Source: Anaerolineae bacterium
GTDB taxonomy: Bacteria > Chloroflexota > Anaerolineae > Aggregatilineales > J027
Direction: 5' to 3'
DNA: 64,000 nucleotides
Assembly (NCBI GenBank): GCA_034437655.1
Contig: DAOTTU010000055.1
Location: 19,001 to 83,000 of the forward strand
Shown: piece after piece, positions 1 through 7,970 of the stretch
Position numbering within the stretch: the first letter of the stretch is position 1
Layout: every line of letters starts with the position of its first letter
Position numbers and translations under genes: made by a program
The notes under the pieces: generated by a model
What the model saw: the letters and a program-made list of their open reading frames with translations, nothing else
Database searches by the model: none
Told to the model about the DNA's origin: nothing

Positions 1-471
1 GCCAGAAGCTGCTTTGCGTGACCTCCTCGGCAAGCCTGAGACCACAGGAAACGGTCATGCCGCGGAAGAAACACCGCACGCGGAACACGCCGAAGCAGGG
101 CATTAATACCAAGTTGGGGTCATCACTATACAGAAATATGGACAGGTATGTCTTCCTTCGGAAACCAACACAGTCCCTACAAAACTCCATTGGCAAGCCG
201 AAAACCTGCTGTAGTGGAGGTGTTGACGTCGCAGACGGCATACCCTCCCACAGAATAACTGTTGTCGTGAACCTGGTATAATACCGTTAGATGGGCACCC
301 CGCCGGGTGTCCACACAACTCCCTGTCAACATTACACCCATCATTGCGAACTGAACACCACACGCTCGCACCATACCGGATATTGCTACCGGGCAAGTGA
401 TCGCATACCCTTGTGTCTGCAATCACTATCTGTGCTTGCATTTCGATGGTTTTCAGAAAGGCTGTTGCATC

Positions 472-2490
472 ATGAACTCACCCACCGTTGTTGCTACTAC
501 ATCTTCACGGGCTGCCACGACCTTTAGCGATCAGGACATTGAGCGGTTGATCCTTGTCTGTGATACACTAATCCCATCATTGGATGTTGCCCCAGACCCG
601 CATGGGCTATATGCACGCGCAGCCAGCGATCTAAACATTGCACCATTGATCGCGCAGGAAATTGCAGCGGTCGCCAGCCCAGATATGATCCAACAGCTTA
701 AGTTGTTCCTCAGCAGCATTGAGAACCCGGTGGTGAACGGCGTTTTTGGGGGGGCATCGCGCCCATTTTCGCGCATGGATTTGCAGGACCGCACGGCTGT
801 CTTACGCTCATGGGAGGAAAGCCGACTCAACCTGCGCCGCAAAGCCTTTCAGTCGGTGAAGCGTCTCGCGATGATGTTTTTCTACGGTGTAACCGACGCC
901 AGCGGCCGCAACCCTAACTGGGACGCCATCGGCTACAGCGGCCCACCCGGTACACGCCCCGATACCCCCGCAACAACCATTGTCCCGCTTCGTGTTGAAA
1001 CGGATACGGTGCTGACAACCGATGTCGTGATCGTTGGCAGCGGGGCCGGTGGGGGTGTTGTGGCGGGTGAACTCACGGCGGCCGGCTATGATGTGATTGT
1101 GTTAGAAAAAGGCGGCTTTCACGTCGAAACCGACTTCGATGGTAACGAGCTGGCCAGCACCGGACGTTTGTTTGAAAACCGGGGGCTACTGACAACCGCT
1201 GACCTGAGTATGCTGCTGCTAGCCGGGAGTACGCTTGGCGGTGGCACAACCGTTAACTGGTCGGCATCGTTCCGCACACCCGACGATGTGCTGCGCGAAT
1301 GGGAGCAAAACTACGGCGTTACAGGATTTACAGGCGAACCATATCAACAGGCGCTGGATACCGTCACTGAGCGCTTGAACGTCAACACCGAATGCGCCGC
1401 CAGCCCGCAAAATAGCGTTCTTGAACATGGGGCCAGGCAACTTGGTTTAGCACATGACGTTATTCCGCGCAACACCCGCGACTGTGAAGACTGTGGCTTC
1501 TGCAATTTCGGTTGTCAGTTCGGGGCCAAGCAAAGCACTCTCCGCACCTATTTACAGGATGCATTCGATCGTGGTGGGCGTGTGGTGGTGGATACCAACG
1601 TTCAGCGCGTGTTGACCGAGAATGGACAGGCCGTTGGGGTTGAAGGCGTAGTCCGTGGGACAGATGGGCAGCAACACTACCTTAGCGTGCGGGCACAGGC
1701 TGTCGTGGTTGCAGCAGGGGCACTCCATACCCCGGCGGTGCTAATGCGCTCGGGGTTGGGCAATGCCAACATTGGCAGCAACCTGCACCTGCACCCCACA
1801 ACGTTGACTTATGGCATTTTTGACGAGCCTATTCGTGGCTGGCAGGGCGCACCAATGAGCCGTTATGTGTCCGAATTTAAGAACCTTGATGGGCGCGGGT
1901 ATGGGGTCACGCTGGAAACGGCCCCGGTACATCCTGGGATTGGTGCGTTGGCATTATCGTGGGCAAATGGCAAGCAGCACAAAGACATTATGTTGCAAAT
2001 GGGGCACCTTTCGAACATTATCATCATCACACGCGACACTGAAAGCGGCCGCATTACGCTTGACCGTAGCGGCTACCCACAGATTCATTACACGCTTGGC
2101 GCGCACGATGCCCGGCACATGATGCGCGGTCTGCTAGAAAGTATGCGGATTCAGCACGCGGCCGGCGCAAAACAAATCGGCGCACCGTTTGCGCTCCCGT
2201 TTACCTGGTACGAAGGGCAAGACTTTGATGAAATACTGCATACGGTTGGGCAACAACGCCTGAGTCCCAATAATTTTGCATTGTTCAGTGCGCATCAAAT
2301 GTCAAGTTGTCGCCTGGGGGGGAGTGCTGCTCAAGGGGTGTTGAAACCGACGGGTGAAACCTACGAGGTTCGTGGGTTATATGTCGCTGATGGGAGCGTA
2401 TTGCCAACAGCAACAGGCGTCAATCCGATGCTAACGATTATGGCTGTAGCGCATGTCATTGCCGGGCATATTAAAGCTGACATGGATTAG
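472..2490 (+). CDS. GMC-family FAD-dependent oxidoreductase (long-chain alcohol oxidase-like)
   Basis: ORF 397..2490. Dinucleotide-binding motif DVVIVGSGAGGGVVAGEL..VLEKGG, Cys-rich CEDCGFCNFGCQFGAKQS segment, GMC-type C-terminal half (ADGSVLPTATGVNPMLTIMA). ATG 472 (MNSPTV, GAAAGG about 10 nt upstream) is preferred over GTG 397; the start is uncertain. Confidence 0.85.
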   Translation: MNSPTVVATTSSRAATTFSDQDIERLILVCDTLIPSLDVAPDPHGLYARAASDLNIAPLIAQEIAAVASPDMIQQLKLFLSSIENPVVNGVFGGASRPFSRMDLQDRTAVLRSWEESRLNLRRKAFQSVKRLAMMFFYGVTDASGRNPNWDAIGYSGPPGTRPDTPATTIVPLRVETDTVLTTDVVIVGSGAGGGVVAGELTAAGYDVIVLEKGGFHVETDFDGNELASTGRLFENRGLLTTADLSMLLLAGSTLGGGTTVNWSASFRTPDDVLREWEQNYGVTGFTGEPYQQALDTVTERLNVNTECAASPQNSVLEHGARQLGLAHDVIPRNTRDCEDCGFCNFGCQFGAKQSTLRTYLQDAFDRGGRVVVDTNVQRVLTENGQAVGVEGVVRGTDGQQHYLSVRAQAVVVAAGALHTPAVLMRSGLGNANIGSNLHLHPTTLTYGIFDEPIRGWQGAPMSRYVSEFKNLDGRGYGVTLETAPVHPGIGALALSWANGKQHKDIMLQMGHLSNIIIITRDTESGRITLDRSGYPQIHYTLGAHDARHMMRGLLESMRIQHAAGAKQIGAPFALPFTWYEGQDFDEILHTVGQQRLSPNNFALFSAHQMSSCRLGGSAAQGVLKPTGETYEVRGLYVADGSVLPTATGVNPMLTIMAVAHVIAGHIKADMD

Positions 2491-2539
2491 AACCGTCATC
2501 AACATTTCACCATTTCGCTGCAATGAGGAGTAACTACTG

Positions 2540-3364
2540 TTGATCCGTTCAATTCTGCAAGAAATCCAACGTCCTGAACCGGGGCAAATCTATTGGGGGT
2601 TGCCGCTGGCGTTTGGGATGCTGGCGAGTTATGTAATCGCCATCCTGGCGCTTGGCATTTTGCCCGTGACTACTTTGCGTGATGTGGACATCAACCAACC
2701 GGATGCGTTTTCGCTATTGATGGCCGGTATCATTGCTGGATTGGTCATGATCTGGGTCATCACGCGCAACATCTACAGCAACATCATCGACTTACGCGAA
2801 GAAGCCAAGCAAGACCGTAGCAAACGCGAACTGGCACAAAACACCACCGTTCGCGGGCTGTTGCGTGTTGATGAAAGCAGCCACAAAACGGTGCGCCCTA
2901 TCTGGGCATACTGGTTACTGGGCGTGGGGGTGCTAATTTTGGTCGATGCAGTGGCACTGGCCAGTGGCCGCAGTGCTAGCCTCCCGCTGGGGCTGGATCG
3001 CATGGAAGATGCCGCATGGTATACGTGGGTTGTCGCAGCGGTGCTTTTTATCGGTGTGCGGCCGGTTGTGGAGCAGCTTATTTTTCAAGGTATACTCTAC
3101 CCGGTTATTGTCCGTCTGTTTGATGACAACATTATGGCAATTTTGCTCTCAGCAGCAGCATTTACACTATTTTACTTTGCACAGGTCGTCGGCAGTGATT
3201 CGAGTTGGGCAGTCACCTACTGGGGCATTATATTCCCGTTTGTACTCGGGTTGTGCGCCGGGGCAGCGCGGGCGGCGTCTAAGTCAACGCTCGGGGCGAT
3301 TGGCGTGCAAAGCGCAGCAGGCGTATTCTTGTTGTTGAGTGCGGCTGTGACTTACCTGGTTTAG
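2540..3364 (+). CDS. Polytopic membrane protein, CPBP (CAAX protease)-like but with degenerate catalytic motifs
   Basis: TTG start 8 nt after GAGGAG. Multiple hydrophobic helices. The segment RPVVEQLIFQGILYP aligns to the CPBP EExxxR motif position but reads EQxxxQ. Confidence 0.6.
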   Translation: MIRSILQEIQRPEPGQIYWGLPLAFGMLASYVIAILALGILPVTTLRDVDINQPDAFSLLMAGIIAGLVMIWVITRNIYSNIIDLREEAKQDRSKRELAQNTTVRGLLRVDESSHKTVRPIWAYWLLGVGVLILVDAVALASGRSASLPLGLDRMEDAAWYTWVVAAVLFIGVRPVVEQLIFQGILYPVIVRLFDDNIMAILLSAAAFTLFYFAQVVGSDSSWAVTYWGIIFPFVLGLCAGAARAASKSTLGAIGVQSAAGVFLLLSAAVTYLV

Positions 3365-3375
3365 GAGAAATTTTT

Positions 3376-4146
3376 GTGGACTATATTATCGTAGAAAAAC
3401 GCGATGGCGGTGTTGGGTTGATTCAACTTAACCGGCCCAAGGCCCTCAACGCCCTCAATTCTGCGCTGATGCGCGAAGTCGTCACTGCGCTAACCGACTT
3501 TGACCATGATGATGCAATCGGCTGTACAGTCATCACAGGCAACGCGAAAGCCTTCGCCGCCGGAGCCGACATCAAAGAAATGGCGGATGCCAGCACGGTT
3601 GAGATGTTACGCAGTGAAATGGTCGGGTTATTTGATCGTCTGCGTGATATCCGCAAACCCATCATCGCAGCAGTGCAAGGCGTGGCGCTTGGTGGTGGCT
3701 GTGAACTGGCGATGGCGTGCGACATGATTATCGCCGCTGAGGATGCCCGTTTCGGTCAGCCAGAAATCAATCTCGGTGTCATTCCCGGGGCAGGGGGAAC
3801 ACAACGCCTGACGCGCGCTGTCGGCAAAACCATTGCAATGGAAATGGTGCTAAACAACCGCTGGCTAACCGCCGAAGAAGCCTACCGTTTTGGTCTGGTG
3901 AACCGTGTCTTTTCGCCGGAAGTTACGCTTGAAGAGACGTTAAGGATTGCGGCTGAAATTGCTGCTCGGCCACCAATTGCGGTGCAGATGGGCAAAGAAG
4001 CTGTCAACGCTGCGTTTGAATCCTCACTGGCAGAAGGTATTCGCCTTGAACGGCGGCTATTTCATTTGCTGTTCAGCACTGATGACCAGCAAGAAGGGAT
4101 GCAAGCCTTTATCGAAAAGCGTGACCCCAAATGGCAAGGAAAATAG
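3376..4146 (+). CDS. Enoyl-CoA hydratase (crotonase family)
   Basis: GTG start after AGGAG. Crotonase signatures LNRPKALNAL, FAAGADIKEM, GGGCELAMACDMIIA, FIEKRDPKW. Confidence 0.9.
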   Translation: MDYIIVEKRDGGVGLIQLNRPKALNALNSALMREVVTALTDFDHDDAIGCTVITGNAKAFAAGADIKEMADASTVEMLRSEMVGLFDRLRDIRKPIIAAVQGVALGGGCELAMACDMIIAAEDARFGQPEINLGVIPGAGGTQRLTRAVGKTIAMEMVLNNRWLTAEEAYRFGLVNRVFSPEVTLEETLRIAAEIAARPPIAVQMGKEAVNAAFESSLAEGIRLERRLFHLLFSTDDQQEGMQAFIEKRDPKWQGK

Positions 4147-4155
4147 GGACAACCG

Positions 4156-4608
4156 ATGCAGGAAAACCCATTCGCTCTCGAAAACTTTGCACATAAAACC
4201 CAATTGCGGGTTCGCTTTCGTGATGTCGACGCGATGCAGCACGTTCACCACGGCGTCTACCTCGTTTATATGGAAAATGCGCGCACAGACTATCTCCGCA
4301 GCGTCATCGGGTGGGCAGGCATCACTGACCAAATTGGGCCAATCATTGCACGGGTTGAGGTGGACTACCAACAGCCGTTGTTTCTTGACGACGAAGTAAT
4401 CGTCTGGACACGGGTTGCCCGGCTCGGCACCAAAAGTTTTGACATGGTGTATTCTATACAGCGTCAAGTTGACGGTCAGACGGGTGTTGTTGTGGCCACA
4501 GGCAAAACCTTTTTGGTCGCGTACAATTATCCAAATCACCTGACTGCACCTGTACCGGACGACTGGCGAACTAAAATCATTGACTTTGAGCCAGCCTTAA
4601 GCCCCTAG
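4156..4608 (+). CDS. Acyl-CoA thioesterase, 4HBT/YbgC-like hotdog fold
   Basis: 150 aa. VRFRDVDAMQHVHHGVYLVYME is typical of 4HBT thioesterases. Lies 9 nt downstream of the hydratase gene. Confidence 0.85.
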   Translation: MQENPFALENFAHKTQLRVRFRDVDAMQHVHHGVYLVYMENARTDYLRSVIGWAGITDQIGPIIARVEVDYQQPLFLDDEVIVWTRVARLGTKSFDMVYSIQRQVDGQTGVVVATGKTFLVAYNYPNHLTAPVPDDWRTKIIDFEPALSP

Positions 4609-4711
4609 GCAGGTCATGGCCGCGCGCGGGTGCTGATGTCAGCTTGACGCCTTTTATTGTGCCAGGCTAGACTGATGTATATCATCATACGCAGTCCCCT
4701 AAAGGTTGACT

Positions 4712-5419
4712 ATGTCTGAAGACCCCATGCCACGTGAACTGCGTTCTGAAGCGGTAGAAGACTTTTTGAAGACGATATACACATTGCAGCGCAAGCACGA
4801 ATTGGTGCCGACGACTGTCATCGCACAAGCATTGGACATTACACCGCCGTCTGCGACCGATATGGCCAAAAAATTATCCGACGCTAAACGACTTGCCCAA
4901 CCGCTTGTGATCCATGAAAAATATAGGGGGGTGCGCTTAACACCGGTCGGTGAAGCAATTGCCCTTGAAGTGTTGCGTCATCATCGCCTGATCGAACTAT
5001 ATCTGGTCAAAGCCTTAGGCTATGCGTGGGACGAAGTTCATGACGAAGCAGATCGGCTTGAGCATGTCATTTCAGAACGCTTCGAGGCTCGGATTGCTGA
5101 ATATCTCGGCCACCCCGAAATTGACCCGCACGGCGACCCTATCCCCTCAGCCGATGGTGATATGCCGTCACAATCGCACCTGGTTGCCCTTGATGAATTG
5201 GCGATAGGCCAACAGGGGGCAGTCGCACGTTTACTAGATCAGAGCGCAGAAAAGCTGCAATATCTTGCTGATAAAGGGCTTATCCCCGGGATTGCTGTGC
5301 AAGTCATTGAGCGCGAACCTTTTGACGGGCTAACGCATCTATTGATTGACAACCAGCCACATGTGCTGAGCCAAAGCGTTACCAGCTCTATCCAGATTCT
5401 TGTGTCCGAAACGCCATAA
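4712..5419 (+). CDS. DtxR/SirR-family metal-dependent transcriptional repressor with C-terminal FeoA/SH3-like domain
   Basis: EDFLKTIYTL, wHTH (ALDITPPSATDMAKKL), metal-site region HRLIELYL..WDEVHDEADRLEHV, FeoA-like tail. ATG 4712 is preferred (AAAGG upstream); TTG 4706 is the alternative. Confidence 0.9.
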   Translation: MSEDPMPRELRSEAVEDFLKTIYTLQRKHELVPTTVIAQALDITPPSATDMAKKLSDAKRLAQPLVIHEKYRGVRLTPVGEAIALEVLRHHRLIELYLVKALGYAWDEVHDEADRLEHVISERFEARIAEYLGHPEIDPHGDPIPSADGDMPSQSHLVALDELAIGQQGAVARLLDQSAEKLQYLADKGLIPGIAVQVIEREPFDGLTHLLIDNQPHVLSQSVTSSIQILVSETP

Positions 5420-5443
5420 CCTGCACGAGGAGATAACCATTCT

Positions 5444-6016
5444 ATGGAATTTCAAACGCTTACTGACTTTTTGAGCCCGGTTGAAGGACATGAGACCTTT
5501 GACTACATCTTATATGGCCTATTTTTCATGGGGATGTTAACATTAACGTTTATGGGCAAGGGCAGCACCCAGATGGATACCATTTTTGTCACCCTTGCAG
5601 TATTTATGATTTTGCTCGACAAACTGTACATTGCCGGATTTATTTTCGAGCCAGCGGCCGCGCAAGTCGATGCCGAAATTACTAGCGAACAGCGGGTTGC
5701 GGTGCATATAGATCACTTTTTTACCTACGCAATGCGTGTCATGATCTTTGTCTTGCCGTTGGTGGTAGCCGGGAATACAAAAAATAATCGCACACGCGTC
5801 ATTGCCGGGCTCTTCGCTATGTTCGCGTTTGCGTACTCATTTGGGCGCTGGTATTTCGAAATTCGAGCCAATGCCGAGGACGAGTTAGGGATGACATCAC
5901 CGATTGATGGCGCTGTTGCCGCGGGTGGGCTTGCGCTGGTCGTCATCGGGGAAATCATAGCCCGCTTGCGGAATCAACGCCAGAAGCATTATATTTCCAC
6001 GTCTACAACGGAATAA
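5444..6016 (+). CDS. Hypothetical integral membrane protein (about 5 TM)
   Basis: 190-aa ORF 24 nt after the dtxR-like gene with GAGGAG upstream. Several hydrophobic helices. No family recognised. Confidence 0.6.
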   Translation: MEFQTLTDFLSPVEGHETFDYILYGLFFMGMLTLTFMGKGSTQMDTIFVTLAVFMILLDKLYIAGFIFEPAAAQVDAEITSEQRVAVHIDHFFTYAMRVMIFVLPLVVAGNTKNNRTRVIAGLFAMFAFAYSFGRWYFEIRANAEDELGMTSPIDGAVAAGGLALVVIGEIIARLRNQRQKHYISTSTTE

Positions 6017-7544
6017 CGCGATGTGGCGGGTCTGACGAACGGCCGCGCCCATTCTTTTTGTTGCGGCGGCGGCGTCCAGACGGAATGTTGACGGGCATCG
6101 CAGGTGTGGCCGGATTGTTTTCTTCGTAGTAAAGCTGGCTTTGGACGCTGTCAATCATCCGGTGTAAGCGCCGCATTACCTTCAGCGCTTCGTTCGGTGG
6201 CACTGCCAGCAATAGGCATTCTGGTGAGCCATGCCCCATTGCCACGAGGTCTGCTTTTACTGACTTTACCGCGTTCAATACCTGAACCGTTTGCTTGATC
6301 TCAACGACGCCAATCGCCGCTACAATCGCGATCGGTTCGACACGCCAGCCCGCATCAGCATATTGTTTAGAAAATAGTGTGTGCAGTTTTTCCACACTTT
6401 CCTGCATTGCACTGCGCCGTGCAGTTGTGGGGACGACATAGCACAGCAATTGGCCCGAATGCGAATCGACCGTGATAACCGGGCGTGCTTCTTGTGAAAA
6501 CTCTTTCGAGAGTGTGGCTTGCACGGCTGTTAGCATCGTTGTACTTTCTGCCGTGCCGGACACAAAGACCAAAACCCCCTGCACAGACGTCACCGCACGC
6601 AAATACCGGGGGCTGTCGTCTTGCTTATGCACAATACGAGTCCCGGCATGGCTAGCATTAAACGTGTTGCAAACGCGCAGCGGGATTTCGCGCTCAATAA
6701 TTGGTTGCACGGCTCGTGGATGCAAAACCTTTGCCCCAAAGTGTGCAAACTCGCTAACTTCTTCGTATGAAATGCGGTCAATCACCTGAGCTTCTTTGAT
6801 CTGGCGGGGGTCGGCAGACATCACCCCATCAACATCCGTCCAAATCCAGGCTTCATCGGCGTCCAGCAGCCGGGCCAGATATGTTGCCGAAAAGTCAGAG
6901 CCACCACGCCCAAAGGTGGTCACTTGACCGTCGGCCGATGCCCCAATATACCCCGTCACAACCGGGATTTTGCCCGCTGACAGTAAGGGAAGGATCATTC
7001 GTTGCACGTTTGCCAGCGATGGTGCTTCCTCGGGTTGTGCATTCTCAAAACGACTGTCTGTAATGATGACTTCGCTAGCATCAACTGCTTCAGCACTAAT
7101 CCCGTTCACCCGGAAGATAGCCGCTAGAATACGAGACATCAACCGTTCACCCATTGACAACATTGCATCGCGCAACCGAGCGGTCGCCACCTGTGTGTAC
7201 AGTGCTTCCTCACATGTATCACGCAATACGTTCAACAGCGAGTCTATTTCGGTGTCAACATAACGAATCTCAGCAGGGTGTTGATGGGTGTCGATCAATT
7301 CACGCGCAGCTTGCTGATGTCGCTCACGCAGGTCTTCAATCTGTGAATGTACAGCCCCAATGTCGCCCGCACAAGCGATGTTCATCAGTGTCGCAAGCGC
7401 ATCGGTAACACCCCGAATAGCGGATGTGACCACCACAACATTCTCCCAGTCGGCACGTTGTGTGTTGACGATGTTGAGTACATGCCGGATAGCATCTGCT
7501 TTACCGACAGAGGTGCCTCCAAATTTCATAACCAGAGTAGACAT
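6003..7544 (-). CDS. lysC: Aspartate kinase with a basic C-terminal tail
   Basis: MKFGGTSVG N-terminal signature, kinase core (VVTSAIRGVTD, GRGGSDFSATYLA), C-terminal ACT-like region. ATG 7544 sits 11 nt after AAGGAG and is preferred over GTG 7553. The last about 45 aa are Arg/Lys-rich and overlap the convergent gene by 14 nt. Confidence 0.9.
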   Translation of the reverse strand: MSTLVMKFGGTSVGKADAIRHVLNIVNTQRADWENVVVVTSAIRGVTDALATLMNIACAGDIGAVHSQIEDLRERHQQAARELIDTHQHPAEIRYVDTEIDSLLNVLRDTCEEALYTQVATARLRDAMLSMGERLMSRILAAIFRVNGISAEAVDASEVIITDSRFENAQPEEAPSLANVQRMILPLLSAGKIPVVTGYIGASADGQVTTFGRGGSDFSATYLARLLDADEAWIWTDVDGVMSADPRQIKEAQVIDRISYEEVSEFAHFGAKVLHPRAVQPIIEREIPLRVCNTFNASHAGTRIVHKQDDSPRYLRAVTSVQGVLVFVSGTAESTTMLTAVQATLSKEFSQEARPVITVDSHSGQLLCYVVPTTARRSAMQESVEKLHTLFSKQYADAGWRVEPIAIVAAIGVVEIKQTVQVLNAVKSVKADLVAMGHGSPECLLLAVPPNEALKVMRRLHRMIDSVQSQLYYEENNPATPAMPVNIPSGRRRRNKKNGRGRSSDPPHRVIPL

Positions 7545-7573
7545 ATCGAACACAGCTCCTTGTCCGGGGATAC

Positions 7574-7606
7574 AAAAAATGGCGACGGGCTACCTGCCCA
7601 CGTCGC
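7574..7606 (-). promoter_or_regulatory. Terminator-like hairpin plus U-run inside the aspartate kinase 5' leader (candidate attenuator)
   Basis: Minus-sense GCGACG-TGGGCAGGTAGCC-CGTCGC followed by CATTTTTTG, ending about 30 nt upstream of the lysC ATG. Confidence 0.5.
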
Positions 7607-7820
7607 GCTACGATCAGCGTTTTTAGTTGTAAGCTAAAATGAGTCTTGGCTCACCGACGCAAACAGGATCGTGACTCGGTACCTTTTGCCATAAGGTGAC
7701 ATATAGTACCGAGGCTGCTAGTTGTCAGCATACTTGCGTCGATGGTTGACAGCATCATTGGTAGTGGTTGATAAACTCAGTGCGTATTTTTTAGTGATGT
7801 ATAGCAGGATAGCATAACCC

Positions 7821-7870
7821 TTGTGGCAATTGCAAGCTAGCACACCCAGTTTTTGTGGCAATGCACAAGC
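7821..7870. repeat. Two copies of an 18-nt motif TTGTGGCAAT(T)GCA(C)AAGC, 32 nt apart, each internally palindromic
   Basis: 7821..7838 TTGTGGCAATTGCAAGC (contains the GCAATTGC palindrome) and 7853..7870 TTGTGGCAATGCACAAGC (TTGTG-N6-CACAA). They lie in the divergent lysC / glycoside hydrolase intergenic region. Confidence 0.6.
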
Positions 7871-7970
7871 GGTACGGAGCAAAGTGGGGTGTGTATGGTC
7901 GCAAGAGTGTACTTCTGTTAACATGGCTGCGTTCTTGCTGTGAAACGTATAATTTTTGAGGATTTAGCTG

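Noticed and set aside
1-290. RNase P RNA-like fragments, for example ACAAAACTCCATTGGCAAGCC resembling the CR-III GUAAAC(C/U)CCACC.GGAGCAAGGCC segment, and CCACAGAATAAC resembling ACAGAA.
   Set aside because: The universally conserved ACAGAAnCCGGCUUA (P4 3' strand) and GGUAAGAGCGCACC-type segments are absent, and the spacing is wrong. I also saw no tmRNA or SRP RNA signatures. The region stays unassigned.
7675-7713. GGTACCGAG in the aspartate-kinase leader resembles the T-box core (GGUGGUACCGCG).
   Set aside because: It lies more than 100 nt from the terminator-like hairpin rather than forming its antiterminator. It lacks the GGGUGG part. It pairs with a perfect upstream complement (CTCGGTAC) that overlaps the putative promoter. 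It is not a T-box.
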